From contig OZ242008.1 in assembly GCA_965204735.1 (NCBI GenBank), forward strand, positions 992,001-1,056,000: a DNA stretch of 64,000 nucleotides. Reading direction: 5' to 3'. Shown piece by piece: positions 1-9,233 of the stretch. The position numbers were made by a program, and so were the translations under genes. The stretch is from Longimicrobiales bacterium. GTDB lineage: Bacteria > Gemmatimonadota > Gemmatimonadetes > Longimicrobiales > Gaopeijiaceae. Position 1 is the stretch's first letter. Every line of letters begins with the position of its first letter. Below the pieces are notes generated by a model. The model searched no databases. It saw nothing but the letters and a program-made list of their open reading frames with translations, and was not told the origin of the DNA.

Positions 1-1
1 G

Positions 2-523
2 TGCGCCCATCCGGTGGTGGCGGCGGTGGAGGGAGTGTGCGCGGGCGGTGGAGTGGCGGTGGCCGCGGCCTGCGACGTGAGGGTGTGCGGCGAGTCCAGC
101 CGCTTCGGCGTTCCGGTTGCCCGCCTGGGGCTGACCATGTCCTACGACGAAATGGCGCCGGCGCTGGCGGCGATGGGTCCCGGGCCGCTGCTGGAGGTGC
201 TGCTTTCGGGCGACTTGATGAGTGCGCAGCGGGCCCGGGAGATCGGACTGGCAAGCAGGATCGTCCCCGACGGGACAGCGGCGCGCGAGGCGATGCGCCT
301 TGCCCGCCAGATCGCCGCGGGCGCGCCGCTCGTCCACCGCTGGCACAAGAAGTTCGTTCGGCGCGCCGCCCTCGGGACGCCGGTGTCGAAGGAAGAGCGG
401 GAGGAGACCTACGAAGCCTTTCGGACCGACGACTACCGGGAGGGGCGGGCGGCTTTCCTGGCAAAGCGGGCGCCGCGCTTCACGGGCGAGCCGGCGGGTG
501 GGCGGGCGGGGGCGGATCGGTGA
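2..523 (+). CDS. Enoyl-CoA hydratase/isomerase family protein (5'-truncated by window edge)
   Basis: PVVAAVEGVCAGGG, CDVR and FGVP crotonase motifs; C-terminal DYREGRAAFLAKR. Confidence 0.9.
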   Translation, partial: CAHPVVAAVEGVCAGGGVAVAAACDVRVCGESSRFGVPVARLGLTMSYDEMAPALAAMGPGPLLEVLLSGDLMSAQRAREIGLASRIVPDGTAAREAMRLARQIAAGAPLVHRWHKKFVRRAALGTPVSKEEREETYEAFRTDDYREGRAAFLAKRAPRFTGEPAGGRAGADR

Positions 524-1731
524 GGCGGGCAGCGGAGTCGGCAGGCGCCGGAGCTCTCGCAGGCGTGCGGGTCGTGGAGCTGGCGCACGTCATGGCGGGT
601 CCGGTGTGCGGGCGCATGCTGGCCGACATGGGCGCCGACGTGGCGAAGGTGGAGCCGCCGGTCGGGGGAGACCCGACCCGCGCCTTCGAGCCCAAGGTGG
701 CGGGGGGCGAGTCCGCGGCGTTCGCGATGCTGAACCGGAACAAGCGCGGAGTGGCCCTCGACCTCAAGTCGTCCGAAGGCCTGGACGCGGCGAAGAGGAT
801 GCTCGCCCGCTGCGACGTGGTGATCGAGAACTTCCGACCGGGCGTCATGGAAGGGCTGGGCCTGGGCTGGGAGTCGCTTCGAGAGGCGAACCCGGGACTG
901 GTGTACTGCCAGATCACCGGCTTCGGCCGCACGGGGCCGCTGGCGGAGCGTCGCGGCTTCGACCTGGTGGCCCAAGGGATGACGGGCTTGCTGGGGATCA
1001 CGGGCGAGGGGCCCGGCCGGCCTCCCGTCAAGTGCGGTCCCCCCGTCACCGACATCACGGCGGGAGTTCTGGGCGCCCTGGGGGTCGTGGCGGCGCTTCA
1101 CGCCCGCACCAGAACCGGCGAAGGGCAGCGCGTGGACACGTCCCTCTACGAGGCCGGGATCGTCCAGACCTTCTGGCAGTCGGCCGTGGCGCTGGCGACC
1201 GGCGAGTCGCCCGGCCCGCTGGGCACGGCCCACCCCCTGGCCGCGCCTTACGAGGCTCTTCCCACGGCCGACGGATGGATCACGGTCGGCGGCTGGAACC
1301 AGGTGAACTGGCTGCGCCTGGTGACCGCGATGGACGTCGCCGAACTGGCCGGCGACCCTCGTTTCGAGACCAACTCGGCCCGCATGGCGAACATCCACGC
1401 CCTCCGCCGCGCCCTCTCGGAGAGGCTGCGGACGGCGGGCACCGACGAGTGGCTCCGGAAGCTGGAGGAGGCGGCAGTTCCCGCCGGCCCCGTGTCCTCG
1501 ATCGGCGAAATGCTGGCGCACCCCCAGACGGCGGCTCGGGAGATGGTGGTGGAGCCGAAGACGGGCCTGTCGGCCAGGAGCCTGGGAATGCCGGTGAAGA
1601 TGTCGGGCACGCCTGTAGCCGTGTCCCGCGGGGCGCCCGCTCTGGGAGAGCACACGGCCGAAGTGCTGCGCGAGTACGGCTTTGCCGACGAGGAAGCCGC
1701 TCGACTGTCCCGAACGGACGCCACGGCGTAG
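520..1731 (+). CDS. CaiB/BaiF family (family III) CoA-transferase
   Basis: LAGVRVVEL, LADMGADV, NRNKR, ENFRPG and FDLVAQ motifs. GTG start overlaps the upstream TGA. Confidence 0.92.
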   Translation: MRRAAESAGAGALAGVRVVELAHVMAGPVCGRMLADMGADVAKVEPPVGGDPTRAFEPKVAGGESAAFAMLNRNKRGVALDLKSSEGLDAAKRMLARCDVVIENFRPGVMEGLGLGWESLREANPGLVYCQITGFGRTGPLAERRGFDLVAQGMTGLLGITGEGPGRPPVKCGPPVTDITAGVLGALGVVAALHARTRTGEGQRVDTSLYEAGIVQTFWQSAVALATGESPGPLGTAHPLAAPYEALPTADGWITVGGWNQVNWLRLVTAMDVAELAGDPRFETNSARMANIHALRRALSERLRTAGTDEWLRKLEEAAVPAGPVSSIGEMLAHPQTAAREMVVEPKTGLSARSLGMPVKMSGTPVAVSRGAPALGEHTAEVLREYGFADEEAARLSRTDATA

Positions 1732-1732
1732 A

Positions 1733-3172
1733 ATGCTGCCGAGCGAGCAACCCGTCCAACTGGGCCGCGAGGCAGTCGTGCTGCAACCGCCCATGCCCAA
1801 CCCGATCGGCCCGGCCTCCCCGACGCAGCCTGCGGGCGCACCGGGCCGGAGCCAGGCGGATCGGCCTGCGGCAGCGCCGGGCCAGGACACGGCCGCGCAG
1901 GACACGGCCGCGCAGGCGCAAGAAGCCCCGCCACCGCAAGCCGCGCCGGGGGACGGAGCAGCCGTGCCGGGCGCCGGAGCGCCGGCCGAAGCAGCGCCGG
2001 GCCAGGAGACGCCGCCGGCAGGCGAGGAGGCCGCCGCCGAGTTCTCCTTCACGTGGGACGGGATCACGGAGTGGGCGACCGGGCTGATCGCCGATCTGGG
2101 CGTGCACGTGTTGTTTACCCTGGGCATCGTCCTTGCGGCTTGGCTGGCCATGTGGGTTGCCAAGTGGGTGGTGCAGCGGGTCGAGAAGAAGTTCGTCAAG
2201 CGCACGCCGACCGAGCTCGACGACTACATCTTCGTCTTCGTGCATCGCGCGGTGCGGATGACGATCGTCGTCGCGGCGCTCCTGGAGATCTGCCGCCTGT
2301 GGTCCCTCGAGGAGCCGGAGAAGTGGATCGAGTCCGCCTGGATGCTGATGCTCTTCCTGCTGGGCAGCCGCTTGGTGGGCGCCCTCCTGCGCATGACCGA
2401 GACTCCGCTGCTGGGGCGCAACCCGAACTTGGTGACGGCCCTGCCGCTCATCAATCGGGGCGTGCGCATCGGCGTCATCGTGCTCGGCGCGCTCTTCGCA
2501 CTGGCCCACGCCGGGCTGAACATCGCGCCCCTGCTGGGCGGCGCCGGGGTCATGGGGCTGGCCCTCTCGCTCGCGGCAAAGGACACGCTGTCGAACCTGA
2601 TCGCAGGCGTGCTGCTGACGATCGACCGGCCGTTCCAGGTAGGCGACCGAATCGAGCTGTGGAGCGCGCCGAGAGAGACCGGCACGTGGGGCGACGTGAT
2701 CGACATCGGCCTGCGGGCCACCAAGATCCGGAACCCGGACAACTTGGTGGTGGTGGTGCCCAACAACGAGATCATGCAGCGGGACATCATCAACTACACC
2801 ATGTCCGGCGACGACATCCGCCTGCGGCTCCCGTTCTCGGTGGCCTACGAGAGCGACGTGCAGCGGGCCAAGGACGTGCTCGTGCGGGTCGCGCTGGAGG
2901 TGAACAACGTGAGGGCGGAGCCGGCGCCGTTCGTGATCGTGCGCGGCTTCGGGCCGTCGGAGGTCAACCTTCAGCTGCGGGTCTGGATATCCGACGCCCG
3001 GGCCCGGCGCCGGATCGGGGACGAGATCACCGAGCGGGCGCTGGTAGCCTTCGAAGCCGAAGGGCTGGAGATTCCCTACCCGAAGCGGGAGCTGTACATC
3101 CGCCAGGGACCCGCGTTGCTGCCGCCGTCGTCGCCGTCGCCGTCGCCGCCGTCGTCGCCGCCGCAGGAGTGA
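1733..3172 (+). CDS. mscS: Small-conductance mechanosensitive channel (MscS family) with low-complexity N-terminus
   Basis: TM helices, then LSLAAKDTLSNLIAG, RPFQVGDRI, GLRATKIR, VPN and IPYP. Start uncertain (1733 or 1793). Confidence 0.88.
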   Translation: MLPSEQPVQLGREAVVLQPPMPNPIGPASPTQPAGAPGRSQADRPAAAPGQDTAAQDTAAQAQEAPPPQAAPGDGAAVPGAGAPAEAAPGQETPPAGEEAAAEFSFTWDGITEWATGLIADLGVHVLFTLGIVLAAWLAMWVAKWVVQRVEKKFVKRTPTELDDYIFVFVHRAVRMTIVVAALLEICRLWSLEEPEKWIESAWMLMLFLLGSRLVGALLRMTETPLLGRNPNLVTALPLINRGVRIGVIVLGALFALAHAGLNIAPLLGGAGVMGLALSLAAKDTLSNLIAGVLLTIDRPFQVGDRIELWSAPRETGTWGDVIDIGLRATKIRNPDNLVVVVPNNEIMQRDIINYTMSGDDIRLRLPFSVAYESDVQRAKDVLVRVALEVNNVRAEPAPFVIVRGFGPSEVNLQLRVWISDARARRRIGDEITERALVAFEAEGLEIPYPKRELYIRQGPALLPPSSPSPSPPSSPPQE

Positions 3173-3193
3173 CGCGGCCCGCGCCCATCGGTC

Positions 3194-4600
3194 CTACGCC
3201 AGTCCCGCCAGCACGTCCAGCAGCCGGTCCACGTCGCTTCGGTTGTTGAACATCGCCACAGCGGCCCGCAGCAGCTTGCCGTCCTCCTGGAAGGTGACCG
3301 ACACGTCGGCGTCCGCCAGAGCCTTGGCCAGCGTCTCCGGGTCCATCCCGTGATGGAAGCTGACGATGGGCGACGGGTTGGCGGGCGGAGTGAAGAGCTT
3401 CATCCCCAGCGCGGCGGCGCGTTCCCGGAGCTCGCCGGCCAGGGCGTGCGTGTGGGCCGCGATACGATCGAGTCCCACTTCGCCCAGGAAGCGCAGGGCG
3501 GCGTCCATGGCGGTGGCGGGTCCGTAGGCCGCGTTGGCGTATTGGAACTTGCGGGCGTCCGTCCTCATCCGGTAGCGACGGCCGGGCAGCTCCTCGGCGA
3601 CTTGGCGGTGCCCCCAGCGGTCCGGGGTCATCCACTCCAGGTGCTCCCTGCGAACGTAGAAGGGAGCGCAGCCGAAGTCGGCGAAGAGCCACTTGTAGCC
3701 GTTGCCGCAGGCGAAGTCGACCTTCTCGTCGTGCAGGTTCGCGGGGAAGGTTCCGAAGGCTTGGATGGCGTCGGCGTACAGGTAGCCGCCGTGGGCGTGG
3801 GCCAAGTCGGCCAAGGCCGGCAGGTCGTGGCGAAAGCCGTTGCGGTTGGACACCCAGGCGACGCTGATCAGGCGCGTCCGATCGTCGGTGCGGGCGGCGA
3901 AGTCGTCGGCCGAGACCGCGCCGTCGGCGGCAGGGACGATCCGCAGCTCGACCCCTTTCCGCCGCTCCAGCTCCCGATAGAGCACGAAGGTCGTGACGAA
4001 GTGGAGCTCGTCCACGACCACGTTGTCGCCCGGGCCCAGTTCAAGTGCGCTTGCAACGATGTTCTCGGCTCCGCTGGTGGCGTAGAGGAGGGCCACTTCG
4101 TCCTCGTCGGCGCCGAAGAGACGGGCGAAGCCGGCCCTGGCTCCCGTCTCGGCGGCGCCGCGGCTCGCCGGGTTGCGGTAGAGGGACTTCTCCTCCGCGT
4201 AGACCCTCAGCGCGTCCCGGACGGGGATCGGCAGCGGACCGGACGACGCGGTGTTCAGGTAGGCCAGCTCGCGCGTCACCGGGAAGCTGGCGCGGACGCC
4301 GAGGGGGTCGTCGTAGGCCTGGGAGTCGGTCGCGATGCGCGGAGGTCGGCCGGAGCCTGCGGCTTGCGGCGCGACGCTCGCGTCCCCGGCGTCGGCTTCC
4401 GCGTCGAGTCCCAGCGCGCGGGCGCCCGGAAGGCCGGCGAGGCCGACCGCGGCGCTCGTCTTGATGAAGCCGCGCCGGTTCCAAGGAGTCCGGCGGTCTT
4501 CGGGGGTTCGGCGGTCCTTGGGAGTCGGGCGGTCTTCGGGAACCCGAGGGGCTTCGGGAGTCCCGCGGTCTTCCGGGGCTCGACTGTTCGACGCGGTCAT
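3194..4600 (-). CDS. Class V PLP-dependent aminotransferase-fold protein with Tat signal
   Basis: YLNTAS, DAIQAFG, GYKW (PLP lysine) and MFNN motifs; NRRGFIK twin-arginine motif; GGAG upstream of the ATG at 4600. Confidence 0.85.
   Translation of the reverse strand: MTASNSRAPEDRGTPEAPRVPEDRPTPKDRRTPEDRRTPWNRRGFIKTSAAVGLAGLPGARALGLDAEADAGDASVAPQAAGSGRPPRIATDSQAYDDPLGVRASFPVTRELAYLNTASSGPLPIPVRDALRVYAEEKSLYRNPASRGAAETGARAGFARLFGADEDEVALLYATSGAENIVASALELGPGDNVVVDELHFVTTFVLYRELERRKGVELRIVPAADGAVSADDFAARTDDRTRLISVAWVSNRNGFRHDLPALADLAHAHGGYLYADAIQAFGTFPANLHDEKVDFACGNGYKWLFADFGCAPFYVRREHLEWMTPDRWGHRQVAEELPGRRYRMRTDARKFQYANAAYGPATAMDAALRFLGEVGLDRIAAHTHALAGELRERAAALGMKLFTPPANPSPIVSFHHGMDPETLAKALADADVSVTFQEDGKLLRAAVAMFNNRSDVDRLLDVLAGLA
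4488..4578. repeat. Degenerate 18-nt tandem repeat encoding (T/A/V)PEDRR-like units at the aminotransferase N-terminus
   Basis: Translation APEDRG TPEAPR VPEDRP TPKDRR TPEDRR TP. Confidence 0.8.
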
Positions 4601-4717
4601 CGGCTTCTCCGGCGGGCGCTCTCGGGCAGAACGGAGTTCGGGTGGAAGAGGCAAGGGCGGCGCGGGGGATTCGCGGAACGCCCCGTCCTGGTGCTAATGT
4701 TCACTCGTTGGACCGTC

Positions 4718-4759
4718 TGGTCACCCCCGCGCATCCCCTGGTCACCCCCGCGCATCCCC
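4718..4759. repeat. Perfect 21-nt tandem duplication in the divergent intergenic region
   Basis: TGGTCACCCCCGCGCATCCCC at 4718 and 4739. Confidence 0.9.
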
Positions 4760-4778
4760 CCCTGCGACGAGCGACGCC

Positions 4779-6014
4779 ATGAGCGAGAAGGTCGCGAGCG
4801 AGAAGGTCACGAGCGAAGAAGCGAACCGTCCCCACGCCGCCGCCGGTTCCGACGGGAGGGCTGAAGGGCCGGCCGACCCCGGCGCGGACGTGGGCCGTCG
4901 CCGGTTCCTGGGGCAGGCCGCGAGCGGCGTGGTGGGCGCCGGGGTCGTGGCGGCGTGCGGCGCCGCGGACGGCGGTGGCGAGGGCGGCGCGCCGGCGGTC
5001 CAGACGCTTCCGGAGGTTCGGTGGCGGCTGGCGTCCAGCTTCCCGCGGGGCCTGGACACGATCTGGGGCTCCGCCGAGATGCTGGGCGAGGTCGCCTCGG
5101 CCCTCACGGACGGCCGCTTCCAGATCCGTCCGTACCCGGCCGGCGAGCTGGTCCAGGGGCTGGACGTGATGGACGCGGTCCAGCAGGGCACGGTCCAGGT
5201 CGGCCAGAGCACCAGCTACTACTACACGGGCAAGAACCCGGCCCTGGCCTTCGACGCGGGCGTCCCCTTCGGAATGACCGCTCGCCAGCAGGACGCTTGG
5301 CTGAGCGGAGGCGGGGGCGGCGAAGTCGTGCGCGGCGTCTTCGCCGATTTCGGGATCATCACCTTCCCGGCGGGCAACACGGGCGGGCAGATGGGCGGCT
5401 GGTTCCGTCGCGAAGTGGACTCGGTCGAGGATCTGCAGGGGCTGAAGATGCGCATCCCGGGGCTGGGCGGCGAAGTCATGAACCGCCTGGGCGTGACGGT
5501 GCAGGTGCTGGCAGGGGGCGACATCTACCCGGCGCTGGAGCGCGGCGCCATCGACGCCACCGAGTGGGTGGGACCCTACGACGACGAGAAGCTGGGACTG
5601 CACCAAGCGGCGCAGTACTACTACTACCCGGGCTGGTGGGAGCCCTGCGCGTCGATGTCCTACCAAGTCAACCGGGCCGAATGGGACAAGCTGCCCTCGG
5701 AGTACCAAGCCGTCTTCGAGGTGGCCGCCCAAGCATCGGCGCGTCGGATGCTCAACACCTACGACGCCAAGAACCCGCCCGCCCTTCAGCGCCTTCTGGC
5801 GGGCGACACCGAGCTCCGCTCGTTCTCCGACGAGATCATGACGGCGGCCCGCGCGGCCAGCGAGGAGATCTTGGAGGAGCACGCCGCGGCCAGCCAGCAG
5901 TACCGGCAAGTCTACGACCACTGGCGGAACTTCCGCGACGCCTCCTACCGCTGGTTCGGCACCGCCGAGCTCCGCTACGCCAGCTTCGCCTTCGGCAGGG
6001 CCGGGAGCGCCTGA
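4779..6014 (+). CDS. dctP: TRAP transporter substrate-binding protein (DctP/TakP-like), Tat lipoprotein-like signal
   Basis: GRRRFL...VAAC signal; WRLASSFP, GNTGGQMGGW, LKMRIPG, EWVGPYDD and YYYPGWWEP. Confidence 0.92.
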   Translation: MSEKVASEKVTSEEANRPHAAAGSDGRAEGPADPGADVGRRRFLGQAASGVVGAGVVAACGAADGGGEGGAPAVQTLPEVRWRLASSFPRGLDTIWGSAEMLGEVASALTDGRFQIRPYPAGELVQGLDVMDAVQQGTVQVGQSTSYYYTGKNPALAFDAGVPFGMTARQQDAWLSGGGGGEVVRGVFADFGIITFPAGNTGGQMGGWFRREVDSVEDLQGLKMRIPGLGGEVMNRLGVTVQVLAGGDIYPALERGAIDATEWVGPYDDEKLGLHQAAQYYYYPGWWEPCASMSYQVNRAEWDKLPSEYQAVFEVAAQASARRMLNTYDAKNPPALQRLLAGDTELRSFSDEIMTAARAASEEILEEHAAASQQYRQVYDHWRNFRDASYRWFGTAELRYASFAFGRAGSA

Positions 6015-6078
6015 AGCGACCGCGCCGCTGGGCCGACCGCCTTGCCCCTGCGGGTCCCCGGCGGCTGGTCCGGCCTCG

Positions 6079-7401
6079 TCAGTCCACCAAGCCCGTCACC
6101 AGCTCCGGCCACTGGATGATCGCCAGCAGGCCGATCAGCTGAATCACGATGAACGGGACCACGGCCTTGTACAGGTCCGTGGTCTTCACCGACGCCGGCG
6201 CCACCCCGCGGAGATAGAAGAGGGCGAAGCCGAAGGGGGGCGTGAGGAACGAGGTCTGCAGGTTCATTCCGATCATGACACCGAACCACACCAGGTCGAT
6301 CCCCAGCAGGGATGCGGCGGGGGCCAGCAGGGGGATGATGATGAAGGCGATCTCGAAGAAGTCCAGGAAGAACCCAAGGACGAAGATCGCCAAGTTGGCG
6401 ACCAGAAGGAGGCCGACTTTGCCGCCGGGCAGGTTGGTGAGCAGGTTCTCGATCCAGACGTCGCCGTAGAGGCCGCGAAAGACGAGAGCGAAGGCGGTGG
6501 ACCCGATCAGCAGGAACATGACCATCGTCGAGAGCTTGGTCGTGGCCGTGCACGACTCCCGAACGACCGCCAGGTCGAGCCTGCCCCGGGCGGCCGCCAG
6601 CAGGAGCGCCCCGACAGAGCCGATGGCGCCGGCCTCGGTCGGCGTGGCGACGCCGGCGAAGATCGACCCCAGGACGATGAGGATCAGCAGCAGGGGCGGG
6701 AGGAGGACCAGCAGGACCCGTCGGACGAGCACGCCGAGGGGCACGTCGGTCATCTCGGGAGGCAGGGCCGGCGCCAAGCTGGGCTTCACGGTCGCGACCC
6801 CGCCCACGTAGAGGGCGTACATCCCGGCCAGCATGAGGCCCGGGATCAGTCCCCCGATGAAGAGGTCGCCCACCGAGATGCCCAGCTGGTCGGCCAGGAC
6901 GACCAGCACGATGCTCGGCGGGATGATCTGCCCCAACGTGCCCGAGGCCAGGATGACCCCCGACGAGAGCTGCGCCGAGTACCGGTAGCGAAGCATGACG
7001 GGCAGCGAAATGCTTCCCATGGCCACGACGGAAGCGCCGACGACGCCGGTGGCCGCGGCCAGCATCGCGCCCACCAGGACCACCGCCAGCGCCAAGCCGC
7101 CGGCGCGGCGGCCGAAGAGCGTGCCGATCGTGGTCAGCAGGTCCTCCGCCAGCCTCGCTCTCTCGAGCACCAGTCCCATGAAGATGAAGAAGGGGACCGC
7201 CAGCAGGACCGAGTTGGACATGACCCCGAAGATGCGCAGGGGCATCGCCGAGAGGAGGCTCCAGTCGAAGAAGCCGAGCTGAACCCCGATGAAGGCGAAG
7301 ATCAGCGACGCCCCGCCCAGGGCGAAGGCGACCGGATAGCCGCAAAAGATGATCAGGAAGACCGCCGCGAACATCAGCGGCGCCAGGATCGACCCCTCCA
7401 T
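6079..7401 (-). CDS. dctM: TRAP transporter large permease
   Basis: GYPVAFALGG, AVPFFIFMG, GTLGQIIPPS, ATPTEAG and NLQTSFLTPPFG. Confidence 0.95.
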   Translation of the reverse strand: MEGSILAPLMFAAVFLIIFCGYPVAFALGGASLIFAFIGVQLGFFDWSLLSAMPLRIFGVMSNSVLLAVPFFIFMGLVLERARLAEDLLTTIGTLFGRRAGGLALAVVLVGAMLAAATGVVGASVVAMGSISLPVMLRYRYSAQLSSGVILASGTLGQIIPPSIVLVVLADQLGISVGDLFIGGLIPGLMLAGMYALYVGGVATVKPSLAPALPPEMTDVPLGVLVRRVLLVLLPPLLLILIVLGSIFAGVATPTEAGAIGSVGALLLAAARGRLDLAVVRESCTATTKLSTMVMFLLIGSTAFALVFRGLYGDVWIENLLTNLPGGKVGLLLVANLAIFVLGFFLDFFEIAFIIIPLLAPAASLLGIDLVWFGVMIGMNLQTSFLTPPFGFALFYLRGVAPASVKTTDLYKAVVPFIVIQLIGLLAIIQWPELVTGLVD

Positions 7402-8091
7402 CTAGAGGCCCCCGGGGCGGGCCGGAGCGTCGTGCCCCTCTTCCCCTTCGTCGGTTTCGTCGCTTGCGCCCGTCGTGCCGCCGTCGCCGCCGCGCAGGAC
7501 GCGGACTTCCTTGACCAGCTCGGCCACGCCCTGCGCCAGCAGCAGGACGAAGCAGACGAGTATCACCGACTTCAGCGGATAGCGGGGCAGTCCGCCGGGG
7601 TCGGGCGAGAGCTCGCGGATCGCCCACGAGTTTCGGATCGCCGGCCACGAGACCCAGAGCACGAAGACGCAGAACGGGATCAGCATGAACACCGAGCCGA
7701 TCACGTTGATCCAGGCCTGCGCTCGCCGTTCCAGCCGTCCGTAGACCACGTCCACCCGCACGTGAGCGTTCTCCTTGAGCGCGTAGCCGGCGCCCAGAAG
7801 GAAGATCAGCGAGAAGAGGTACCACTGAAGCTCCAGGTAGAGGTTGGAGCTGAGGCTGGTGCCGGTGAAGCGGCCCAGGTAGCGGACGATGGCGTTGTAC
7901 GCGCCGATGAGGATCATGACGAGCACGAGCCAGGACACGAAGCGCCCCATGCGGCTGGTCGTCCAGTCGATGAAGCGCACGAAGAGGTCGATGAAGCGCA
8001 CGAAGAGGTTCGGGTTCTTTCGCGGAGGGGCGGAAGGGGAGCGGCAACGGAACGCGAGGGCGCGCCGGAAGCGGAGTGGCCAGCGTATCAC
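7402..8091 (-). CDS. dctQ: TRAP transporter small permease (start uncertain)
   Basis: Four TM segments; ELQWYLFS, HVRVDV and SPDPGGLP; abuts dctM. Contains a 21-nt duplication at 7966-8007. Confidence 0.88.
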   Translation of the reverse strand: MIRWPLRFRRALAFRCRSPSAPPRKNPNLFVRFIDLFVRFIDWTTSRMGRFVSWLVLVMILIGAYNAIVRYLGRFTGTSLSSNLYLELQWYLFSLIFLLGAGYALKENAHVRVDVVYGRLERRAQAWINVIGSVFMLIPFCVFVLWVSWPAIRNSWAIRELSPDPGGLPRYPLKSVILVCFVLLLAQGVAELVKEVRVLRGGDGGTTGASDETDEGEEGHDAPARPGGL

Positions 8092-8173
8092 TGGCCCGGC
8101 AGTGGAGCAAGCGGTTCGCCGAGCCGCTGGAAGGCTCCCGGTCGCGGCGCGCGGGCGCATTATATTGACGGAC

Positions 8174-9169
8174 ATGAGCGAGACTTGGTTGGAGAGCCTC
8201 GACGCCGCCGGTCGCCCGTCGCCCCCGATTTCGTGGGAGATCGCGGCGCCGCTCAAGGATCGGAGGGAGCTGTACCGGTGGCGAAGGGCGGTCGGCCCGG
8301 TTCGCTACGGCCAAGTGGCGGCCGCCGTCGCAGCCCCGCCCGGGCCGCCCCTTGCCGTGGCGGTCTGGAACGGACGGACGGGCGGAGGAGCGATCCGCGA
8401 TTGCTGGAAGCACCTGACCGAGGCCCATCCCGCCCCTGGAGGGCCCTTGGTCGCGTTGCTGCAGGAAGCGTTCGCCTCGGGCGACGAGCTCCCGGCGCTT
8501 GTGGACGACGCGGCCTGGGCCGAGCGCATCGACGACCGTCCCGACGACCAGGAGCGGACCGACGTGGCCGCCTTCTGCCGGGAAGAGGGCCTGTCGATGC
8601 TCTACGTGCCCTCCATGCGGAACGGAGGCGACGACGGCGGCCCGCCCGAGGACCGCGGCTGCGCCATCGTGGCCAACGTGCCCCTGGCGTCCCCCTGGGC
8701 GGTGGAGCTTCCCTTTGAACGGCAGCGCCGGGTCGCGGTCACGGCGGACGTGGTCGTCGGAACCGACGAGGCGAGCCTGAAGCTGACCCTCTGCTCGATG
8801 CACTTGGACAACCGGGCGCTCTGGCGACGAGCTTGGCGCAGCCTCGGCCTGGGGCGACGGAGGCAGATGAACGGCCTCATGGCAGTGCTGCGCAGAAGGT
8901 CCCGGGGCGTTGCGGTTGCGCTGGGCGGAGACTTCAACACATGGCTTCTCGGCCGACGCGAGGGTGCGTACAAGGTGGCCCGGCGGTGGTTCGCGCAGCC
9001 CGCAACGCCGGATCCCGCTCCGACCCACCACTTCGAGGTCGGCGGGTGGCCGAGGCTGTCGGACCACCTGCTCTTTCGGCTGCCTGCCGGTTGGCGGGGC
9101 AGCTACCGCCGCCTGGATCGCACCTTCGGCTCGGACCACTACCCGCTGCTGGGCACCGTGGTCCGGTGA
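8174..9169 (+). CDS. Endonuclease/exonuclease/phosphatase (EEP) family protein
   Basis: VWN, LLQE, HLD, GGDFNT, SDH and GSDHYP catalytic motifs. Confidence 0.85.
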   Translation: MSETWLESLDAAGRPSPPISWEIAAPLKDRRELYRWRRAVGPVRYGQVAAAVAAPPGPPLAVAVWNGRTGGGAIRDCWKHLTEAHPAPGGPLVALLQEAFASGDELPALVDDAAWAERIDDRPDDQERTDVAAFCREEGLSMLYVPSMRNGGDDGGPPEDRGCAIVANVPLASPWAVELPFERQRRVAVTADVVVGTDEASLKLTLCSMHLDNRALWRRAWRSLGLGRRRQMNGLMAVLRRRSRGVAVALGGDFNTWLLGRREGAYKVARRWFAQPATPDPAPTHHFEVGGWPRLSDHLLFRLPAGWRGSYRRLDRTFGSDHYPLLGTVVR

Positions 9170-9233
9170 ACCAGCGCTCCCGGTAAGCCGGACCTCGCCT
9201 TTGCGGGTTGACGGGAGGGCCTGTCGTCTCTTG

